Assembly: GCA_017544805.1 (NCBI GenBank)
Contig: JAFYDK010000015.1
Location: 6,858 to 70,857, forward strand
Source: Bacteroidales bacterium
Lineage (GTDB): Bacteria > Bacteroidota > Bacteroidia > Bacteroidales > UBA3824
DNA length: 64,000 nt
Direction: 5' to 3'
Below, in pieces: positions 30,207 through 38,378 of the stretch. The notes under the pieces are model-generated. The model was not told the DNA's origin. It saw nothing but the letters and a program-made list of their open reading frames with translations, and searched no databases. The position numbers and the translations under genes are program-made. How positions within the stretch are numbered: position 1 is the first letter of the stretch; each line of letters begins with the position of its first letter.

Positions 30207-30265
30207 AACAATAATTATTGAAAATCTAAAAAATTATGTTTTAAATAAAAAATTGTCGTTCACTT

Positions 30266-30306
30266 TAAAAAAAAACGTTGACTCATATTTTTAAGTCAAC
30301 GCTTTT
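30266..30306 (-). terminator. Rho-independent terminator after the esterase/nucleotidase fusion gene
   Basis: Stem cgttgact / agtcaacg, with a T-run on the minus strand (A9 on the plus strand). Confidence 0.65.
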
Positions 30307-30331
30307 TATGATAAAACACTCCCCGATGTAC

Positions 30332-31417
30332 TTAATTTATATGCTGAAAAAATTCCATAATATCGTCCCATGTTTTGTACGGGGCTTGTCCAAATTGCAG
30401 AAAACCGCCCATAAACTCATTTGCACCGTTATAAATGCGGTCATCAATCAGATAATCCCCGTAATTCAAATTTTTGTGATGCGATAAAATCAAACGGCGA
30501 AATGACGGCACACCTAACCATTTTTTTACCCATTGTAATTTGTCAGACCAAGCGGACGGATTAGCAAAAGGCGCACTCGAAAGAATATACGTATCGTATT
30601 TCAACGACAATGTCCTAAACGCTTTTACCGCACTCGGCATAGGCTCAAGCCTTGAAAAATAACCCGGAATATCCCAAATATGACCTTCATATTGTTTTAA
30701 CTCAGCATCCGTACATTTGTGAACCCCGTTATGAAAATCCACCAAAGTATCGTCCAAATCAATATAAAGAATTTGCCGCTGATAGTTGTTTAATTTATCG
30801 TCAATCCAATGAATCACGGGAATAACCGAATTTTGCAAAATGCTGTCGTTAAGACGGTGTTCGCCGTCAAAAGTTATTGCGTTCATATATTTTCCGGCAA
30901 ACATATCAAAAGTATGAACAAGCGGATCTTTGTCGCCAAAAAGTCCGTAAACAAGTGTTCTGTGTTCCTCAACGGAAATGTTTGAAAAACTGTTTTTCAT
31001 CACTTGTTTGAACTCGTCCATAATGTCCTGATTAACCCAAAACTCAGTTTGACCGTCTTGACGGGGATTGAGCCATTTTTGTTTTCCCAAGCCGTGAAGA
31101 GATTTCAATGTATCGCCAATCTGAAAGGCGGGATTAACAAGTATTCGGTAAAAACCGTATAACTGTTCGGCATAAAAACCGCCCATTGAAGTTCCGATTA
31201 TTAAATCAGGCTTTTGTTCGTCGCAGATTTTATGCAACAAATCCATGGCTTGAAGCGGACTTACAGGCAAATCAGGAGCAATAATTTCGGCATTAGGCAA
31301 CAAAATTCTAAGGCTTTTAACCGTTCCGCTTGCACCCGAAGAGGCAAAGCCGTGAACATACAAAATTTTTCTTCCCGACATCATTTCGGGATATTGTAAA
31401 TAGTTTTGGTTTTCCAT
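30332..31417 (-). CDS. Fusion protein: YqiA-like alpha/beta-hydrolase esterase (N) plus 5'(3')-deoxyribonucleotidase-like HAD domain (C)
   Basis: N-terminal ILYVHGFASSGASG...IIGTSMGGFYA (UPF0227/YqiA-type). C-terminal ILYIDLDDTLVDF (HAD motif I DxDxT) ...LIDD. Confidence 0.6.
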   Translation of the reverse strand: MENQNYLQYPEMMSGRKILYVHGFASSGASGTVKSLRILLPNAEIIAPDLPVSPLQAMDLLHKICDEQKPDLIIGTSMGGFYAEQLYGFYRILVNPAFQIGDTLKSLHGLGKQKWLNPRQDGQTEFWVNQDIMDEFKQVMKNSFSNISVEEHRTLVYGLFGDKDPLVHTFDMFAGKYMNAITFDGEHRLNDSILQNSVIPVIHWIDDKLNNYQRQILYIDLDDTLVDFHNGVHKCTDAELKQYEGHIWDIPGYFSRLEPMPSAVKAFRTLSLKYDTYILSSAPFANPSAWSDKLQWVKKWLGVPSFRRLILSHHKNLNYGDYLIDDRIYNGANEFMGGFLQFGQAPYKTWDDIMEFFQHIN

Positions 31418-31440
31418 TTTTCTTCTTTTAACTACTTTCG

Positions 31441-31448
31441 CAAATTTA
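31441..31448 (-). promoter_or_regulatory. Bacteroidota -7 promoter box (TAnnTTTG)
   Basis: The minus strand reads TAAATTTG, about 24 nt upstream of the start at 31417. A second candidate (TATATTTG) lies at 31461..31468. Confidence 0.35.
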
Positions 31449-31503
31449 ATAATAAAAGGTCAAATATACAATAAAAAAAATTTTCAGATAAAATTCTTTT
31501 TTT

Positions 31504-31511
31504 TACCTTTG
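31504..31511 (+). promoter_or_regulatory. Bacteroidota -7 promoter box (TAnnTTTG)
   Basis: TACCTTTG about 33 nt upstream of the ATG at 31544. Confidence 0.45.
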
Positions 31512-31543
31512 CCCGATAGACTTTAACAAATATTAATAGAAAA

Positions 31544-33388
31544 ATGAAAAAATTAACTGCCCTTGTCCTATCATTAGGAGCAATGATTAATACCACAGAA
31601 ATCCTTGCGCAAGAAAATTATGATGAAGAAAAACACCAATACGGACTTGTATCAGAAGAGCCTGTCATAGAACATCGTGCTGACAGAGTTTTAATATTTC
31701 CGCAAAGAATGGCTCTAAACGATGACATTTCCGTCATGGATCTTTTAATGATGTTTCCGGAGGCACTCTCCCGCAATTACGAAAACCTTGATGACCGTTA
31801 TGTAGTCCGCGTAGAAAACTACAATTACGAGGCTGACATAAGAATTTTTCTCTCAACCCTAAAAGCCAAATACGTTGAAAAAATTCAAGTCTGCGACAAC
31901 CCCGATGTTATGAAAGGAAGAAAAAACCTCGGCGGGGTTATTGACATCAACATGGTAAGAGGCGCATTAGAAAAAGATGTTTATATCGGCGGCGAATGTA
32001 ATACAAGAGGTCTTAAACATGCCCCAATCGCAAACGTAATTTACGGAAACGGAAAGACAGATGTTCTGCTTACGGCAAGTTTAACCGATGATTCCCGTTT
32101 AGGAAACTACAATGCCACCTCACGTTGCGCAGTCAAAATCAACACTGCACTCAACGAAAACCACAATTTGATGTACGATATTGCCGCTCGTTACGGACAC
32201 AGCTCTTGGGATGGTTTCACAGATTCAAGATTTTACGGCGGACAAATTCAATATGACGGAATTTTCAACGAAAAAGGAACGATGCTGACAGTCTCTGCCG
32301 ATGTGGAATATTACGATGACGGCTTTGTTTCACAATCATCAGAGCCACTGGCTAATTCACAACGCAACAAAGAAGTTTGGCAAGTCTATATCGTGGAGCT
32401 CAACACTCCTATTGCTGAGGGTTTGGACCTTTGCGCAGGTTGGGAAGGCGATTATGCTAACACTAATCTTAACTTCAAACAACAACTCGCTTTAAGCAAC
32501 ATAGAAAGACAAGACATCGCCACGGCCTTCCAATTAAAAGATTTAACTAATGATTTCGCAGTAAAAGACCGCTTTGAAACTTACAACAACGACGCTTATT
32601 TACAATTCGATTATTCCAAAGGACCTTGGTCATTTTCTGTTGGCGACCGCGTTATGTTTTTCCATTACGGTTACAAAAACGACATCAACGATACAAAAGA
32701 AAAAAATAATCCCGCCTATAATCTGGCAGTGGCAAGTGCCATTCTAAAACCCAATTATCACCATCAAATTCAAGGAGCATATTACAGACGTTTTGTAACG
32801 CCTAACTCTTACGATACTCACAATTATCTGCATTTTGATACTGACGGCAAAAGCATTACAACAGGAAATCCTAATCTTGATTATCAACCGGCTGACGTTT
32901 ACCGCGTTTCGTACACTTATACCTGTCAAAAAATATGGGCTTCGATTATCGGACGCTATATTGATACTCATGATATTGTTATCGACACGGAAAATACTTT
33001 CAAAGACATTCCCGTTGCAACATGGACAAACGACAAAGCCTCTTGCGGCATTACCAATATCGACGCGAGCCTTACATTTACGCAAGGAGCTTTAACACTT
33101 GTTTGCGGCGGAAGTTTCTACAACAAGAATTATCACAAAGAAAATCTTTCATACGGTTATGCACGTCTTGCTCCGTCATTACGCTTACCCGGAAAATGGA
33201 AATTTGAGGCTCAAGCACTTTGGTGCAGCGACAAAACTTTAGAAAAAATTACGACTGACAGCAATTTTTACGGAATGTTATCGGCACAAAAAACATTCGG
33301 AGAACATCTGAGTTTTGCAGCTCAATGGCATGATATATTTTGCGAAGATTTAAGCACAGTAAATTTTAGACTTCTATATTATTTTTAA
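31544..33388 (+). CDS. Outer-membrane beta-barrel protein (TonB-dependent-receptor-like/OMP_b-brl_3-like)
   Basis: Signal ...ILAQ. Long alternating beta-strand pattern rich in Y/G/N/D. C-terminal ...FRLLYYF with a terminal Phe. Confidence 0.5.
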   Translation: MKKLTALVLSLGAMINTTEILAQENYDEEKHQYGLVSEEPVIEHRADRVLIFPQRMALNDDISVMDLLMMFPEALSRNYENLDDRYVVRVENYNYEADIRIFLSTLKAKYVEKIQVCDNPDVMKGRKNLGGVIDINMVRGALEKDVYIGGECNTRGLKHAPIANVIYGNGKTDVLLTASLTDDSRLGNYNATSRCAVKINTALNENHNLMYDIAARYGHSSWDGFTDSRFYGGQIQYDGIFNEKGTMLTVSADVEYYDDGFVSQSSEPLANSQRNKEVWQVYIVELNTPIAEGLDLCAGWEGDYANTNLNFKQQLALSNIERQDIATAFQLKDLTNDFAVKDRFETYNNDAYLQFDYSKGPWSFSVGDRVMFFHYGYKNDINDTKEKNNPAYNLAVASAILKPNYHHQIQGAYYRRFVTPNSYDTHNYLHFDTDGKSITTGNPNLDYQPADVYRVSYTYTCQKIWASIIGRYIDTHDIVIDTENTFKDIPVATWTNDKASCGITNIDASLTFTQGALTLVCGGSFYNKNYHKENLSYGYARLAPSLRLPGKWKFEAQALWCSDKTLEKITTDSNFYGMLSAQKTFGEHLSFAAQWHDIFCEDLSTVNFRLLYYF

Positions 33389-33412
33389 TTTTTAACTAAA
33401 CACGAAATAATC

Positions 33413-34204
33413 ATGAATCAAAAAAAATTGATTTACGCAAGTATTGCATTTTTCATTATTGCATTATTAACGGATTGTTCGTCAGATAAAGATGGCAAAG
33501 TCCGTGATTTTGAGCAACTTTCCGGGAAAAAAATAGTTGTTCAAGAAGGTACGACGTTTGATGAAATATTCAAGGAGAAGTACCCTTCGTACAACGTAAC
33601 CCGAGTACCGACTTTTTTTGATATTTATAAAAAACTCGTATCAGGAGAAGCAGACTACGGTATTGACGAAGACGTTACAGCAACGGTAGTTCTTGCCGGC
33701 GGCTTGTCGATAGATACGACTTATGCTAATACACCTGCTGTTCCGATGGGTGCAATCTTCAACAAAAGCAACACAGAATTGAAAAAAAAATTCAATGAGT
33801 TTATCACGGAATTGGACAACAGCGGAAAACTCAACGAAATCCGCCAAAAATGGTTTTCAACGACAATGCCGTCCTCACTCCCCGTTCCTGAGGCTCAAAC
33901 AAAATCAGGAACTCCTTTGACAATAGTCATGGAAGGAGATTATCCGCCTTTCAATTTAATGGTTGGCGATAAAATTTCGGGTTTTGAAGTAGAATTAGCC
34001 ACTTTATTTGCCGACCAAATAAAACGCCCGATAAAATTTGAAAAAATGAACTTTGCTGACATTATTCCGTATATTGAAAAAGGAAAAGCCGATATGTCAT
34101 TGTCGGGTTTTTCAATCACCGAAGAACGCGCTAAAATTATCGATTTTTCAAAACCCTATAATAATACTTACACACTCGTAGTTTCGCTCAGAAAAGGGAA
34201 ATAA
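33413..34204 (+). CDS. Family-3 solute-binding protein, apparently circularly permuted, lipoprotein
   Basis: Residues ~36-150 (GKKIVVQEGTTFDEI...ADYGIDED...NEIRQKWFS) match the C-terminal two thirds of SBP_bac_3. Residues ~165-263 (LTIVMEGDYPPFN...ISGFEVELA...GKADMSLSGFSITEERAKIIDFSKPY) match its N-terminal third. Confidence 0.6.
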   Translation: MNQKKLIYASIAFFIIALLTDCSSDKDGKVRDFEQLSGKKIVVQEGTTFDEIFKEKYPSYNVTRVPTFFDIYKKLVSGEADYGIDEDVTATVVLAGGLSIDTTYANTPAVPMGAIFNKSNTELKKKFNEFITELDNSGKLNEIRQKWFSTTMPSSLPVPEAQTKSGTPLTIVMEGDYPPFNLMVGDKISGFEVELATLFADQIKRPIKFEKMNFADIIPYIEKGKADMSLSGFSITEERAKIIDFSKPYNNTYTLVVSLRKGK

Positions 34205-34209
34205 GAGGC

Positions 34210-34245
34210 AAAAAAGAGCCGTATTTATTACGGCTCTTTTTCTTT
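34210..34245. terminator. Bidirectional terminator between the SBP gene and the T9SS-CTD gene
   Basis: Stem agagccgta / tacggctct, flanked by A6 and T5. Confidence 0.75.
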
Positions 34246-34249
34246 TCTT

Positions 34250-34987
34250 TTATAAATCTTTAGCTAACATAATTATTCCGGAAACTTTTTTCGGAGAATT
34301 GTTTTCCAAATAGTTCATAACATAAAAATAAGTTCCAAACAAACAATTCCCGCCATCCCATTTAAAATCAGGATTTTCAGAAGAATAAACTCTCTTACCG
34401 CTACGGGAAAAAATATCAATTCTAAAAGACTGAGGTTTGTAATTATAACTTAAATGAAACAAATCATTTTTACCGTCGCCGTTAGGAGTAAAAATATTAG
34501 GAACGTAAAGTTTTAATTCCTCAACGATTTCTCCTGGTTCGGGTTCAGGGTCTGGTTCAGGTTCCGGGTCGATATTCGGTTCAGGTTCGGGTTCAGGCTC
34601 TGGTTCGGGATTTGGTTCGGGTGTCGGATCTGTTCCCGGGTCAGGACGAGGTTCAGGTATAACATGCTTTTGTTCGTCCTTTACCTCAAACTTAACTGTC
34701 GTAATATGATTGCACCCCAAAAAGTTTTCCTCGAAATCAAAAACATACGAACCTGCTTCAAGAAATTTCAGCGACATCATACCGCTGTTCATATCGAATT
34801 TATCAACGATTTCATATTTTCCGCCGCTAATATAATTACATGAAAATTCAGACTGCTTCTTATCCGCAAAACCGCTGATAGAGAGTTTTACGGTTTCATC
34901 TTTAACAAGGCTCAAAACAACATCCTGAGCCATAGAAACGAAAGACATTAAAAGCAATAAAACAAATGCAATAACAGATTTTTTCAT
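34250..34987 (-). CDS. Secreted protein with a (PE)n linker and a T9SS type-B (CHU_C, gliding-motility-associated) C-terminal sorting domain
   Basis: Signal ...[31 protein letters not shown]... linker. C-terminal [17 protein letters not shown]...WDGG...GTYFYV. Confidence 0.8.
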   Translation of the reverse strand: MKKSVIAFVLLLLMSFVSMAQDVVLSLVKDETVKLSISGFADKKQSEFSCNYISGGKYEIVDKFDMNSGMMSLKFLEAGSYVFDFEENFLGCNHITTVKFEVKDEQKHVIPEPRPDPGTDPTPEPNPEPEPEPEPEPNIDPEPEPDPEPEPGEIVEELKLYVPNIFTPNGDGKNDLFHLSYNYKPQSFRIDIFSRSGKRVYSSENPDFKWDGGNCLFGTYFYVMNYLENNSPKKVSGIIMLAKDL

Positions 34988-34990
34988 AAA

Positions 34991-35608
34991 TTATTTCTTT
35001 AAGATTTCAACTATTTTCAATGGTTTCAGTATAGGAAGAATTTCCGCCTCATTGTCCTTGTCGGGAGAAAAATCGCAGAAAGAATCTTTTATTTTCGTGA
35101 TTTTGTATTTTCCTTCCGCATTAGGCAGTTCGTATTCGGTTTCGGAAGTTTTAAAACTTTGTTCAGAACCGTCATCTAAAGTATAAAAAATTTCAAAAGG
35201 AGCATTACCAGAAGAAATAATTTTAAGCGGTTCACCAAAGCAGACCATAGAGTTATCAAAGCTCACGGAAGGATTTTCTTTTATTTCCAAAGAATAAACA
35301 ATAGTCTCTGAAGTACATTTAGTATCGGGATTTTCGCCGTAAACGGTTATTTTTCCCTTACCTTGAGAATCAGCCCATTTTACCGAAATCTCGTTGCCAG
35401 TAATATCGTCTGATTTACTTCCGATAACAATCCCGCCCGTAACAGACCAATGATAAACAATATCATCTTCAGGGTCTTCAACAGCATAATTTTTTGTTTG
35501 AGAGGTACAAACGTTTTTCAACTTCAGTTTCAAGTCCTCCGTTTGCGAATTTGCAATGCCGAAACAAAGCATCGACAAAAATGTTAAAAGCAATTTTTTT
35601 TTCATCAT
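34991..35608 (-). CDS. Secreted protein: PKD-like module plus a ~90-aa Ig-like module shared with the next gene
   Basis: Signal ...IANSQ. C....Y.V......YHWSVTGG.I.......I.V.W pattern. C-terminal NAPFEIFYTLDDGSEQSFKTSETEYELP...KYKITKIKDSFC is paralogous to the C-terminus of 35691..37058. Confidence 0.6.
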   Translation of the reverse strand: MMKKKLLLTFLSMLCFGIANSQTEDLKLKLKNVCTSQTKNYAVEDPEDDIVYHWSVTGGIVIGSKSDDITGNEISVKWADSQGKGKITVYGENPDTKCTSETIVYSLEIKENPSVSFDNSMVCFGEPLKIISSGNAPFEIFYTLDDGSEQSFKTSETEYELPNAEGKYKITKIKDSFCDFSPDKDNEAEILPILKPLKIVEILKK

Positions 35609-35638
35609 ACATTAATTTTTTTTAGGGTATTCACGCCT

Positions 35639-35693
35639 CAAAAATATATAAAAAATTCTTTAGAAAAAATACCCCAAAAGGGTAATTTTTTTA
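35639..35693 (-). repeat. 55-bp perfect direct repeat, copy 1: promoter box plus palindrome upstream of 34991..35608
   Basis: caaaaatatataaaaaattctttagaaaaaataccccaaaagggtaattttttta is identical to 38175..38229. On the minus strand it carries TATTTTTG (a TAnnTTTG -7 box, + coordinates 35639..35646, 31 nt before the ATG) and the palindrome ACCCTTTTGGGGT. Confidence 0.85.
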
Positions 35694-37058
35694 GTTTTTT
35701 TCGATGATTTTCGGAACACTAATATCGGGAAAAACTTCTATTTCATTGTTTTTTTGCGGAAAAAATTCGCACATTGCATCTTTAGCTCTCGTAATTTGAT
35801 ATTTACCCAGAACACATTCCAAAACATATTCTTTTTTTGATGTTTTAAAACTTTTTTCTTGACCGTCAAGAGTATAAAAAACTTCAAACGGAGCTGTACC
35901 CGAAAGAGTTATTTTTAGTGACGCTACGTTACAAACTGAAGCATTATCAAATTCAGCTCGGGCATTACAAGTCTGATAATCTTTATACCTCGAAATACGA
36001 GGAAAAAAAGAAATATCCAAACAATCCGATTGAATTATTTCTTTCAATATATTACCAGTTTCTATACCGTCAAGAACAATTATAAAATCAGCATTTTGGT
36101 AGTGTACATATAATTTACCATCAACTCCCATCGCCATTTCCCAACAACGATTACAAACTCTATCGTTTTCATTCGGCAAATCATAAACTATTTCAGGATT
36201 CTCAAGTTTAAAATCAAAATTTTCATCATATCTAAACCCTTTCAATTTATTGTCATCAATAATTAGAAAATATTTATCAGTTTTTGAAAACGCCATACTA
36301 TTGAATTTGTTAGTTTCAAATCGGTGAGCTATAGAAAGTTTTCCGCTATTTTTGTCAAAATTAAGTACATATACTATATCATAAATCGTAGCAATAATTT
36401 TCGAATTATCCAAAGAATGCTCTATAACATACGAATGAGTCATCTTACTAAAAAAACCATCTAATATAACATCAGAAGTTTGCCAAAGAACACACCCGTC
36501 TGGCAAAAGTTTAAATACTTTAATTTTATCTCCACAACAAGCAATAAGAGATATAAAATTATCCAAATGAAGAATATCAATAAAAAAACTATAATAAACA
36601 TCATCATATATATATTCATTTTCAAAATTACCATATTTATCAAATTTATAAACACATAATTCACCTTTTCCATTAAAATAGAATGGAACAAAAGCAATAT
36701 AATATCCCCCTTGAGGTAATTTAGCACCAATCACATTTTTTACATAAGGACATTTATATGATACAATTGTTTCTCCCTTGAAATTTTTTATCATAAAACT
36801 ATTTAATTTTTTGTCCGCATATCCGTAAAGAAGCATTTCGCCATTATCATCAGAAATTGTTACTGTATGACCATATAATATACCCGTAGCCATTTCCTCA
36901 TTTTTATTACAAATTATTGTTGCCGGAGAAGTATTAAAATTCAAAACCGTACCACCTGGAAATAACCAATTATTATATTCCTGCGCATTAACATTCACGG
37001 AATGAAAAATGACTGCAATAAAAATTGCAGTCATAAAAAAAATATTTAGTCCGTTCAT
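35691..37058 (-). CDS. Secreted protein: beta-propeller-like N-domain plus the shared ~90-aa Ig-like module
   Basis: I prefer the start MNGLNIFFMTAIFIAVIFHSVNVNAQ (cat at 37056..37058). After the signal comes EYNNWLFPGGTVLNFN, the kind of motif that opens many T9SS adhesins. C-terminal GTAPFEVFYTLDGQEKSFKTSKKEYVLE...KYQITRAKDAMC. Very AT-rich coding sequence. Confidence 0.55.
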   Translation of the reverse strand: MNGLNIFFMTAIFIAVIFHSVNVNAQEYNNWLFPGGTVLNFNTSPATIICNKNEEMATGILYGHTVTISDDNGEMLLYGYADKKLNSFMIKNFKGETIVSYKCPYVKNVIGAKLPQGGYYIAFVPFYFNGKGELCVYKFDKYGNFENEYIYDDVYYSFFIDILHLDNFISLIACCGDKIKVFKLLPDGCVLWQTSDVILDGFFSKMTHSYVIEHSLDNSKIIATIYDIVYVLNFDKNSGKLSIAHRFETNKFNSMAFSKTDKYFLIIDDNKLKGFRYDENFDFKLENPEIVYDLPNENDRVCNRCWEMAMGVDGKLYVHYQNADFIIVLDGIETGNILKEIIQSDCLDISFFPRISRYKDYQTCNARAEFDNASVCNVASLKITLSGTAPFEVFYTLDGQEKSFKTSKKEYVLECVLGKYQITRAKDAMCEFFPQKNNEIEVFPDISVPKIIEKN

Positions 37059-37203
37059 ATTCACTCTATTTATATTGAGGTTCAAATACATAACGAATAG
37101 AATATCCGTACTGATTCCAATGCAGAGCGTTAATAAACGCCACGTAATTATAATCATCATTATAATCTACCTCCAAAGGAAAATGATCCGGGTCATTTGC
37201 GAT

Positions 37204-38088
37204 TCAAGTACTAAGCCAAATATAGCCAACTTCATTTAAACCCGTATACCAACCATTTATCCAAGTATCCCAAGCCCATTTAGGCTGTTGCCCTGTATTT
37301 CTCAAACCTGCAAGAGTATGCTCACCACGCTCATAATCATAGTCGTCATCAGAACCTTCCAATCCTCCGATAAAAACATCATAATAATACAAAGGGAAAT
37401 CATAATTGCCATGCCCCGGAGATAATTCATTATCATCAATTGTATAACCGTTATACGGCATATTTCCTATTCCATCACATTCTATGATATCACAGACATC
37501 TTGAAAAGAAAGAATTTTAGCCGCAACCGGCAATTTTGTATCAAATAACTTATTAGTCGGATTATCTTTATCATAAACATGTAATTTCATTGATATTTTT
37601 TTGGCAAGCGCATTAGCAGAATTCCACGTATAAAGTCTTCCGTACTTTTTAACATAGGATTCATCATCGGCATAAGCCCAACACGCAGTATCTAATTTCA
37701 CATCCAAATTGTCAATCATTACATAAAAATATTTCCCTGGTTCTGATTTTCTATCAACTCTTAATACTTTATAACTATAATTTTTCTTTTTATAGGTAAA
37801 TTTTATAGTATCAATAAGTTTATAATCATTCGGAAAATATTCATTTAAACTCGCATAATAGGTTGCTTCATCAACCAATATTCCTTTCGACAATGATTTT
37901 TTCCTCGGCGGAATAGATAATTTCCATTCCATTCTTTTACCATCAATAGTCAAAACGGAATCAACATTAACATAACTGCTCGTAAAATTTTCTTCAGAAA
38001 TTTTTACTTCTTCCTCTTGGCACGAAATACCGCACAGTATTGCAAACATCAAAACTGCAAATGCTGAAAACAAATAATTTTTTCTCAT
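37204..38088 (-). CDS. Lipoprotein with a FISUMP-like (Fibrobacter succinogenes major paralogous) domain
   Basis: Lipobox AILCGISC. YGRLYTWNSA resembles the yGrLYnW core. C-terminal LAGLRNTG...GYIWLST resembles the domain end. Tentative assignment. Confidence 0.45.
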   Translation of the reverse strand: MRKNYLFSAFAVLMFAILCGISCQEEEVKISEENFTSSYVNVDSVLTIDGKRMEWKLSIPPRKKSLSKGILVDEATYYASLNEYFPNDYKLIDTIKFTYKKKNYSYKVLRVDRKSEPGKYFYVMIDNLDVKLDTACWAYADDESYVKKYGRLYTWNSANALAKKISMKLHVYDKDNPTNKLFDTKLPVAAKILSFQDVCDIIECDGIGNMPYNGYTIDDNELSPGHGNYDFPLYYYDVFIGGLEGSDDDYDYERGEHTLAGLRNTGQQPKWAWDTWINGWYTGLNEVGYIWLST

Positions 38089-38174
38089 CGTTTTTTTTAA
38101 TTAAAATTTAGTAATAAAAAAACTTTCTGCGCAAAAAGTATTTTTACGGAAACTATTTATAAAAATCCGCACCC

Positions 38175-38229
38175 CAAAAATATATAAAAAATTCTTTAGA
38201 AAAAATACCCCAAAAGGGTAATTTTTTTA
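38175..38229 (-). repeat. 55-bp perfect direct repeat, copy 2: promoter box plus palindrome upstream of 37204..38088
   Basis: Identical to 35639..35693 (55/55). The -7 box lies at + coordinates 38175..38182, about 87 nt before the start at 38088. Confidence 0.85.
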
Positions 38230-38378
38230 TAAAAATCCAAGACATTTTTTTTACCATAAAATAAAAAAATAATATCCCGCTTTCTTTAACATCTTCCCCA
38301 CCCTACTTCAATAAAAGTTTTTTCATTGAAACCAAAACAAGATATTAATTCCTCAAAAAATATTTAAAAGTTTGAATA

